DNA of 29,094 bases from an uncultured Burkholderiales bacterium. Its GTDB lineage: Bacteria > Pseudomonadota > Gammaproteobacteria > Burkholderiales > Usitatibacteraceae. Under the pieces are notes generated by a model, which was given only the letters and a program-made list of their open reading frames with translations, ran no database searches and had not been told where the DNA came from. The stretch spans positions 1 through 29,094 of the forward strand of contig CAZCKI010000001.1 of NCBI GenBank assembly GCA_964498815.1. The letters are read 5' to 3'. The stretch's first letter is position 1, and every line of letters begins with the position of its first letter. Shown here in pieces: positions 8,101 through 15,152 of the stretch. The position numbers were made by a program, and so were the translations under genes.

Positions 8101-11100
8101 CGCGGTCGGCAGCTTCTTCGGCAACGGCAAGCCGCAACTGGCCTGCGTGGCGCCCGGATTCCTGTATCTGATCGACTTCAACGGCACCATCCTGTGGGGC
8201 CCTGTCGCCTTCAATAGCCAGGGCTACGGCCTGCCGGTCATCGCCGATTTCGACGGCGACGGCGTTCCCGACATCGGCGTGTCCGGCGTCAACAAGTACA
8301 GCGTCTATAACGCCGACGGCAGCCTGCTCTGGAACTCGACGATCAACGACGGCTCCGCCGGCACCGGCTCCACCGCCTTCGATTTCGACGGCGACGGCCA
8401 CCCCGAGATCGTCTACTTCGACGAGCAGAACCTGCGCGTCTACGACGGCGCCACCGGCAACACGGTTTTCAGTATTCCCAACCAATCGGCCACCGCGTCC
8501 GAATATCCCGTCGTCGTCGACGTCGACGGCGACGGTCACGCCGATATTCTCGTCGTGCAGAACAACAAGAACCCGGGCCTGCGAGTATTCCAGGACCAGA
8601 ACAACGCCTGGGTGCGCACCCGCAAGATCTGGAACGAATTCAACTACCGCGTCACCAACGTCAACGACGACGGCAGCATCCCGCGCCACGAAGCCAATAG
8701 CTGGCAGGTCACGAATACCTACCGCACCAACCTGCAGCCTTCCTACGCAGGCTCGGCCGTGCCCGACGTTTCCGCATCCTATGTGCAGATCCAGGACCGC
8801 GGCGGACTCTCGCCGTCCACGCTCACGGTGCGCGTCGGCAATGCCGGCGGCTATCCGCTCGACCCCGGTATCAAGATTGCCTTTTACAAGAACGCGGTCG
8901 GTACGCTGATCGCGGTCGGCCAGACCACCAAGCTACTGGTACCCGGCGATTACGAGGACGTGTCGATCTCGGTGTCCGGTTCCCTAGCCGGCGTCAGCCA
9001 GCTCATCATCGTCGCCGACGACAATGGGGCAGGGGTCACCGCGACGCAGGACTTCGACCGCACCAACAACAAGGTCACCTTTGCGATGTCGGCGCTGCCG
9101 GGCTCGCTGTCGGTCGCCGCTGCCACCGACCAGCCCAGCTATGGCGCCAACGCCAACGTATTCGCCTCGGCCGCCATCGTCAACGCCGGCAGCTTTGCCG
9201 CCACCGCCACCACGCGATTCACCGTCGAAAGTGCCGATGGCGCGACCAGCGTCGCCACACTCACCGGCATCGCCCCGGTGGTGGTCAATGCCACCGGCAC
9301 CGCGACCGTCACCGCCACCTGGAACACCGGCACCACCTATGTCGGCAATTACCGCGTCAAGGTCGAGTTGATCGGCAGCGACGGTCGCCCCTACGCCACC
9401 GCGTTTGCGCCGTTTGCCATCATCGCTGCCGCCGGCGCGCCGGTCGATACGCGCGTCACCACCAACAAATTGATCTATCCGCCGTTCGATACGGTATCGC
9501 TCAGCGATCGCATCCAGAATCGCTACGTCAACCAGATCCTCAGCGGCCTCACCGCCAGGACCACCGTCCTGGCCCCCGACAACAGCGTGTTCTGGACCAA
9601 TAGCGCGGCACTGCCGCAGCTGGTGCCGGGCGCAATGAAGGATCTCGCCTACAACGTCCCGCTCGCCACTGCCGGAGCCGGCACCTATACCGCGACCCTG
9701 CAAGTGCTGGACGCGACGTCCACGGTAGTCGCCACCACGCAGGCCACCTTCATCGTGCAATCCAGCGCCGACACCGGCGTCGGCCTGCGCGGCAGCGTGT
9801 CCGCGACTCCGTGGCGCGTCGATCTCGGCGATGCGCTCACGCTCAACGCCAGTGCCACCAACAACGGTAACTCCGCCATCAACCTGGCCGGCAGCATCAG
9901 CGTCGTCAATCCGCTGGACGGCACCGTCGTCCAGCAATTCCCGGTCGCGATCAGCTTGCCGGTCGGCGGCCAGCAGTCGTATGCGCAAGCGTGGACCGTT
10001 CCTTCCACGCTGACGGCCGGCACCTACCTGCTCGCCTTCAGCGCACAAGCCGGCGCCAACGCCATCCTGCTCGGCCAGGACATCATCGTTGTCGGTGCCG
10101 CCACCAGCTTCAGCTTCAACGCCGTCACCAACGCACCGCGTTCGACCTTGCTGGTTTCCAATACCGTCGCCATCAATGGCCTGGTCGCGCCCGACGGCAT
10201 TTCCATCACCGGCGGCGAATACAGCATCAACGGCGGCGCCTTCACCGGCGCGCCGGGTGTGGTCAACAGCGGCGACCTGGTCGCCGTGCGCCAGACCTCG
10301 GCGATGAACTACGGCACCAAGACCACCGCCGTGCTCACGGTCGGTGTCTTCACAGCACCCTTTGACGTCACTACCCTCGCCGCCCGGGTCACGCCCGACG
10401 CCTTCAGCTTCACGGCTCTTGCCAATGCCGCCTTCGGCGCCACGGTGCAAAGCAATGCCGTTGCCATCACCGGCATCGATATCGGCGTGCCCGTCACTAT
10501 TGCCGGCGGTCAGTACGCCATCAATGGCGGACCGTTCACCGGCGCAGCCGGTGTGATCAACCCCGGCGACAGCGTGGTGGTTCAGTTGCAGGCCTCGGCG
10601 CAGCCGTCCACGCTCACCACCGCCATCCTCACGGTGGGCGGCGTCTCGGCCACCTTCGGCGTCACCACGGTGGCCGCCATCACCACGCCCGATCCGTTCG
10701 GCTTCGCGGCGCTTGCCAATGCACCGATCAATACTCTGCAAACGAGCGCTGCCATCACCGTCACCGGCATCAACGTGCCGGTGCCGGTCAGCATCGTGGG
10801 CGGCGCTTACAGCGTCAACGGCGGCGCCTACACGGCAGCACCCGGCACCGTCAGCGCCGGCGCCAGCATCAGCGTGCAGCAGACCTCGTCCTCGCAATAC
10901 GGCACGCTCAGCTCGGCCGTGCTCAGCGTCAGCAACGTCTCGGCGAGCTTCGACATCACGACGGTCGCCGCGCGCATCGTGCCGGATGCCTTCGCGTTCG
11001 CGCCGGCCACCAACGTCGCGCTCAACTCGGTGCAGACGGCCGGACCGATCACCGTCACCGGCATCGACATCGCCGTGCCGATTTCCGTCGGCGGCGGCGC

Positions 11101-14100
11101 TTACAGCATCAACGGCGGCACCTTCACCAGCGCGCCGGGAGCCATCAGCCCGGGCGACACCGTCAGCGTGCAACAGACCGCGTCCGCGCAATTCAGCACC
11201 AAGACCACCGCCGTGCTGACCATCGGCACCGTTTCGGCCGGATTCGATGCAACGACACTGGCGGCGATTACGACGCCCAGCCCGTTTGGCTTCACCGCCG
11301 TCACCAACGTGGCGTTGAACTCGGTGCAAACCTCCAACGCCATCACAGTCGGAGCGATCAACACCTCGGTGCCGATCTCGATTGTCGGTGGTAGCTACAG
11401 CATCAACGGCGGTGCGTTCACCAACGCGCTGGGCAACGTCAACTTCGGCGATACCGTGGTTGTCCGCCAGTCTGCCTCGGCGAGCTTCAGCACCAAGACG
11501 ACTGCGGTCCTCACCATCAGCACGGTCTCGGCGGGCTTCGATGCAACCACCCTGGCCGCCATCACCACGCCCAGCCCGTTCGCCTTCACTGCGGTCACCA
11601 ACGTCGCTTTGAACTCGGTGCAAACGTCGAACGCCATCACCGTCGGAGCGATCAACACCTCGGTGCCGATCTCGATTGTCGGCGGCAGCTACAGCATCAA
11701 CGGTGGCGCCTTCACCAGCGCGCCTGGCAACGTCAACTTCGGCGATACCGTCGCCGTCCGCCAGACGGCCTCGGCAAGCTTCAGCACCAAGACAACTGCG
11801 ACGCTCACGATCAGTACCGTCTCGGCCGGCTTCGATGCGACTACGCTCGCGGCCATCACCACGCCCAGCCCGTTCAGTTTCACTGCCGTTACCAATGTGG
11901 CGCTGAGCTCGGTGCAAACGTCGAACGCCATTACCGTAGGAGCGATCAACACCTCGGTACCGATCAGCGTCACGGGCGGTACCTACAGCATCAACGGTGG
12001 AGCCTTCACCAGCGCCGCGGGTAACGTGAGCCTTGGCGATACCATCGTGGTCCGCCAGACCGCGTCCGCGTCGTTCAGCACCAAGACCACCGCGACGCTT
12101 ACCATCAGCACGGTGTCCGCCGGCTTCGATGCCACCACCCTGGCCGCGATCACCGCGCCCAATCCGTTCAGCTTCACGGCGCAGACCAATGTCGCCGTCG
12201 GTGCGGTCGCGACGTCCAACACCGTCACCATCACCGGCATCAACACCGGCGTGCCGATCAGCGTCAGCGGCGGCAGCTACAGCCTCAACGGCGGTGCTTA
12301 CACCAGCGCGGCCGGCACGGTGAACCCGAACGATATGGTGAATGTGCGCCAGACGGCATCGGCATCGTTCAGCACCAAGACCACCGCCACCGTCACCATC
12401 GGCGGCGTGGCCGCGGGCTTCGACGTCACCACTCTGGCGGCGGTCACCACGCCGGACCCGTTCAGCTTCACGGCGCAAACCAACGTGGCACTCAGTACCG
12501 TGGCGACGTCCAACTCCGTCACCATCACCGGCATCAATACCGGTGTGGCCGTCACGGTCGCGGGCGGCAGCTACAGCCTCAATGGCGGCGCGTACACCTC
12601 GGCTGCGGGCACCGTGCATGCGGGCGATACCTTGAGCGTGCGCCAGACCTCGTCCGCCACCGGCGGCGCCAAGACCACCGCTACTCTTACCGTAGGTACG
12701 GTCTCGGCCGGCTTCGATGTCACCACCACCGCGGCCGTCACCACGCCCAACGCCTTCACCTTCGTAGCCCAGACCAACGCCGCGCTGAATGCCGTGGTCA
12801 CGTCCAACACCGTCACCATCACCGGCATCACCGTGGCGGTGCCGATCAGCATCACCGGCGGCAGCTACAGCATCAACGGTGGCGCCTTTACAACAGTGGC
12901 GGGCAATACCAACCCCCACGACCACGTCGCCGTCCGCCCCCCCGCGAGCGCCCGCAACGGCGCCACCACCACCGCGATCCTGACCATCTCCACCGTCAGC
13001 AGTCCGTTCGCGGTAACCACCGTGGGATCGCAATTGCCGACCGTACTCAACGAGATTACCCGCGACACGCGCCTGCTGGTGCTGCTCTCCTGCGAGAACA
13101 GCCAGGGCAACGCCGACCCGGCCTGCCTGGACCAGAAGAAGACCTTCCTCACCGCGTATCTCAGCGGCCTCGGCATCGATTTCAGGATCGACACCGACAC
13201 CGACAGCTTCCAGAGCGATTTGCGCTGCGGTTACTACAACACCTACTGGATCGCCGGCGGTGCGCTGAAGCTGAAGAACAACCTGCCACAGGAAATCGCC
13301 GAAGCCGTGTTCCGCGGCGACAGCCTGATCGTCGACGGTGCGCACGACAGCCGCAATGGCACCCTCGACCCGATTCTCGGCATTGCCCTCAACGGCAACC
13401 TTCCGCAGGCGACCACCGTATTGCTCTCCAGCAATCTGCTGCCGTCCGGCTCGTTCGCCTTTGCCGGCGACAAGGTCAACAAAACCAAGCTGACCACCGG
13501 CGGTATCCTGGCGACCTTCGACAGCGCCAACGGCAACGCCGCCATCGTGCTCAACAGCTACGGGCAAGGGCGGGGGCTGGTGTACCTGTTCGACCTGGTC
13601 GCCACCCTGCAAGCGCAAAGCGGTTCCACCTTGCTGGCGGCTCTCGTCAACCAGTCGCTCACTGCCGTACTGCCGGCGGTGCCGGCGAGCGTGATCGGCG
13701 ACGCCTACGTGCCGCTCGATACCAAGGTCACCAATCCCGCCAACAGCGCACAGACCGTGGACGTGATCGCCACTGTGCCGCTGGCGCTGGTAGCGCAGCC
13801 GCCACTGGTGCCGGCGCCCGCCAGCACCGTCACCAACGCCTCGAGCGTGGTCTACACCTGGCACCTCATCGTGCCCGCCAACGGCAGCCAGTTCATCGAC
13901 TGGGCAGTACGCGCACCCAGCGTGAGTGGCAGCTACACCATCGGCTACCAGGTGAACCTGATCAACGGCGCCACCAGCACGCCGCTCATTGGCAACAACG
14001 TGACCATCACCGTGGCCGGCGCCGACCAGGGCGCCGCGCAAACGGTCGCAGCACTGCAAGGCTTGGCGACCAGCGGCAACGCGGATAACAACGCCCGCAA

Positions 14101-15088
14101 TGCCGCGGTGAGCGATGTGCAAACCGCCAACAGCAAAGTTACCGCCGGCTTGTACGAAGACGCAGTGACCAGCTACGTCGCGGCAGTCACCGAGCTCGCC
14201 AAGATCGGCAGCGTGAGCACCACAGCCAACGAGCTTTCCATCGACAAGCTCCTGCAGGAAGCCGGCCGCAAGTGGTGCCGCGCCGGATCCAGTTGCGCGG
14301 TCTCTACCGCCGGCCTGCCCGCCAATTACAACGTCACCGTCTTCGGCAGTGCGAGCTTCAGCAACGGGCAAAGCGACGGCTCGCTCGGTGTCGGTGGTGC
14401 GGCCAGCCTCAGTTCCTGGGGTGTGGCGGCCAATCTGCATGGCGATGCGGCGCGCCTCATCGTCGGTGGCAGCTTGAGCTTCGGTAACGGCAGCGTCGGC
14501 CAGAACGGCAGCGGCGTCATCAAGGTCGCAGGCTCCGCATCGGTGAGCCAGAGCGTGGGCCGCGCCAGCCTGCAGACCGCCACCGTCGTCGAAGACTGGG
14601 TCGCGATGAAAACCCAGTACCTCACCTTCACCGACCGCCTGGCGAGCCTCACCGGCGCAGCGGTGACGGCCGGGGCAGGGGGCGCATTTACCTGCGCGGG
14701 CAGCGACCCGGTGTTCAACGTCTGCACGCTCACCGGCAGCCAGCTCACGCTGGCGCGCACGCTCAACTTCAATTACCCCAACACCGCCAGCGTGCTGGTC
14801 AACGTCACCGGCACCGCAGCCGCCACCGCCAGCAACGGCCAGGCCAACTGGAACGGCCAAGCGCTGTCGGGCAGCAGCTACGCGAGCCATGTATTCTTCA
14901 ACTTCCCGCAGATGACCGGCCTCACCGTCTCCGGCTTCGGCATCGGCGGCACCGTCCTCGCCCCGCGCGCGTCACTCAGCCATAGCAACTCGGCGATCGA
15001 CGGGCAGGTGATCGTCAACAGCCTCTCGTCCACCGGCAGCTATCGCTGCACGGGGACGTTCCAGGGCGCTTTGCCCATGGGCTTTTAG
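5117..15088 (+). CDS. Giant (3323 aa) secreted multidomain adhesin/scaffold: QW-repeat alpha/alpha toroid, 4 carboxypeptidase-regulatory-like domains, CARDB, FG-GAP/VCBS beta-propeller, Ig-like domains, 10 tandem ~98-aa repeats, GATase-like alpha/beta domain, C-terminal choice-of-anchor A
   Basis: Signal peptide MRLCKPLIACTLFAATLLSFGAGA|QQ; QxxDG(S/G)(F/W)G repeats; four 'GxVxDxxTxxPLxG' starts; PDL...VDSADNILERNEGNN (CARDB); seven DxDG(D/N)G-type loops plus one degenerate; and a C-terminal 'VLVNV...VFFNFP...GTVLAP' beta-helix pattern. Consistent high-GC3 codon usage. Confidence 0.9.
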   Translation: MRLCKPLIACTLFAATLLSFGAGAQQLPKVTSGLNWLQGKIAADGSVTGEASAIATAHQARVETYLTLKQLGTSTVAEVDAIGAEVDNNNEYTARKIVTYSLAGRDASAFLTQLLATQNSDGGFGAYAGSQSNALDTAWALRALAATGNTTGTATGSALTYLQSAQGSDGSFGIYDQPSTYVTAIALLAMNSLSAQNTLSNPITLANNYLVSQQIANGSWGSVDLTSLVYLAIHDWQPAQPIATTLANFFANSQAVDGSWGSGDPYITALALRAYALTAVAPSNPTLGAVTGVIKDQQLGLPLPGVIVTLVSATTSTTTTAAGGQFSFGNLAPGNYGLLISLAGYSSIGTAIDITAGQTLNLGNITMDKLQGGNAVTIAGTVTDAVTSVPVAGATVSIVGQTLSALTDAGGNYEITNVPVGTGVSSITVKVVANSYLTAQVVTTLATFAPRVLSLPFTLVPSAGNGATTTIVSGHIVANATGLPLAGVAVTAFSGTFRTTTDASGNYSLKVTQGGLTTLSASLTNFDTVNVTITMSTGGVLFSPRMFAAGTSTTASNNTGATGIVLDAATNAPLAGVTVVAAASNFLTTVTTGADGRFSFFGRYSGTVNITFSLAGYNGLALQTFTPLVSQSDIGQIRLRSNKTTSLLPDLTLASVSRSGANTDPQSLVLSGTVTANVANIGFTPVTANVQLLAFYDANRDGIFTAGTDTVLGKTVLTGGIGAGVTTAVSIPVQGLLPFRDAPISVWVDSADNILERNEGNNIKSTASAATVIPNKAAFAPVLKWQWNGDPFHSFGSIATPMVGPLVDTNGDGKVDDKDIPTVIMVDALGIDNSSGIIRALSGKDGHELWNANSSALFTSSESHPAIGDIDGDGKPDVVFLLAGGGSAALNGNGTLKWTSAFPPRLAAGPIVIADLDGNGHPSILARNYILNNDGTLRLHFNAASETAQGANLIAPIVADLDGDGKPEIIVGNTAVHADGSLYWQNTAIPQNCRYAVGSFFGNGKPQLACVAPGFLYLIDFNGTILWGPVAFNSQGYGLPVIADFDGDGVPDIGVSGVNKYSVYNADGSLLWNSTINDGSAGTGSTAFDFDGDGHPEIVYFDEQNLRVYDGATGNTVFSIPNQSATASEYPVVVDVDGDGHADILVVQNNKNPGLRVFQDQNNAWVRTRKIWNEFNYRVTNVNDDGSIPRHEANSWQVTNTYRTNLQPSYAGSAVPDVSASYVQIQDRGGLSPSTLTVRVGNAGGYPLDPGIKIAFYKNAVGTLIAVGQTTKLLVPGDYEDVSISVSGSLAGVSQLIIVADDNGAGVTATQDFDRTNNKVTFAMSALPGSLSVAAATDQPSYGANANVFASAAIVNAGSFAATATTRFTVESADGATSVATLTGIAPVVVNATGTATVTATWNTGTTYVGNYRVKVELIGSDGRPYATAFAPFAIIAAAGAPVDTRVTTNKLIYPPFDTVSLSDRIQNRYVNQILSGLTARTTVLAPDNSVFWTNSAALPQLVPGAMKDLAYNVPLATAGAGTYTATLQVLDATSTVVATTQATFIVQSSADTGVGLRGSVSATPWRVDLGDALTLNASATNNGNSAINLAGSISVVNPLDGTVVQQFPVAISLPVGGQQSYAQAWTVPSTLTAGTYLLAFSAQAGANAILLGQDIIVVGAATSFSFNAVTNAPRSTLLVSNTVAINGLVAPDGISITGGEYSINGGAFTGAPGVVNSGDLVAVRQTSAMNYGTKTTAVLTVGVFTAPFDVTTLAARVTPDAFSFTALANAAFGATVQSNAVAITGIDIGVPVTIAGGQYAINGGPFTGAAGVINPGDSVVVQLQASAQPSTLTTAILTVGGVSATFGVTTVAAITTPDPFGFAALANAPINTLQTSAAITVTGINVPVPVSIVGGAYSVNGGAYTAAPGTVSAGASISVQQTSSSQYGTLSSAVLSVSNVSASFDITTVAARIVPDAFAFAPATNVALNSVQTAGPITVTGIDIAVPISVGGGAYSINGGTFTSAPGAISPGDTVSVQQTASAQFSTKTTAVLTIGTVSAGFDATTLAAITTPSPFGFTAVTNVALNSVQTSNAITVGAINTSVPISIVGGSYSINGGAFTNALGNVNFGDTVVVRQSASASFSTKTTAVLTISTVSAGFDATTLAAITTPSPFAFTAVTNVALNSVQTSNAITVGAINTSVPISIVGGSYSINGGAFTSAPGNVNFGDTVAVRQTASASFSTKTTATLTISTVSAGFDATTLAAITTPSPFSFTAVTNVALSSVQTSNAITVGAINTSVPISVTGGTYSINGGAFTSAAGNVSLGDTIVVRQTASASFSTKTTATLTISTVSAGFDATTLAAITAPNPFSFTAQTNVAVGAVATSNTVTITGINTGVPISVSGGSYSLNGGAYTSAAGTVNPNDMVNVRQTASASFSTKTTATVTIGGVAAGFDVTTLAAVTTPDPFSFTAQTNVALSTVATSNSVTITGINTGVAVTVAGGSYSLNGGAYTSAAGTVHAGDTLSVRQTSSATGGAKTTATLTVGTVSAGFDVTTTAAVTTPNAFTFVAQTNAALNAVVTSNTVTITGITVAVPISITGGSYSINGGAFTTVAGNTNPHDHVAVRPPASARNGATTTAILTISTVSSPFAVTTVGSQLPTVLNEITRDTRLLVLLSCENSQGNADPACLDQKKTFLTAYLSGLGIDFRIDTDTDSFQSDLRCGYYNTYWIAGGALKLKNNLPQEIAEAVFRGDSLIVDGAHDSRNGTLDPILGIALNGNLPQATTVLLSSNLLPSGSFAFAGDKVNKTKLTTGGILATFDSANGNAAIVLNSYGQGRGLVYLFDLVATLQAQSGSTLLAALVNQSLTAVLPAVPASVIGDAYVPLDTKVTNPANSAQTVDVIATVPLALVAQPPLVPAPASTVTNASSVVYTWHLIVPANGSQFIDWAVRAPSVSGSYTIGYQVNLINGATSTPLIGNNVTITVAGADQGAAQTVAALQGLATSGNADNNARNAAVSDVQTANSKVTAGLYEDAVTSYVAAVTELAKIGSVSTTANELSIDKLLQEAGRKWCRAGSSCAVSTAGLPANYNVTVFGSASFSNGQSDGSLGVGGAASLSSWGVAANLHGDAARLIVGGSLSFGNGSVGQNGSGVIKVAGSASVSQSVGRASLQTATVVEDWVAMKTQYLTFTDRLASLTGAAVTAGAGGAFTCAGSDPVFNVCTLTGSQLTLARTLNFNYPNTASVLVNVTGTAAATASNGQANWNGQALSGSSYASHVFFNFPQMTGLTVSGFGIGGTVLAPRASLSHSNSAIDGQVIVNSLSSTGSYRCTGTFQGALPMGF
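10103..13029 (+). repeat. Ten tandem ~294-bp (97-98 aa) intragenic repeats, probably Ig-like stalk domains
   Basis: Recurring TTPxPFxF...SNxxTxxxINTxVPISxxGGxYSxNGGAFT...GDTVxVRQTASAxFSTKTTAxLT...FDxTT motif. cacgcccagcccgtt-type anchors recur at a 294-bp period (about 11273, 11567, 11861). Confidence 0.9.
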
Positions 15089-15152
15089 GCCGCGCACCGT
15101 GAACACACAAGCCATTCTTCGGCAACAACGAATCGAACCCAGGACTGTCAGC

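Noticed and set aside
13313-13321. RGD tripeptide in the giant adhesin
   Set aside because: A single occurrence is expected by chance in 3323 aa (RGD also occurs in MtoA and MtoB here), and it lies in a predicted alpha/beta core.
8984-14890. 1968-aa antisense ORF
   Set aside because: Shadow of the high-GC3 sense gene. It mirrors the sense repeats, has no independent domain signal, and is Gly/Arg/Asp-biased as expected for an antisense frame.
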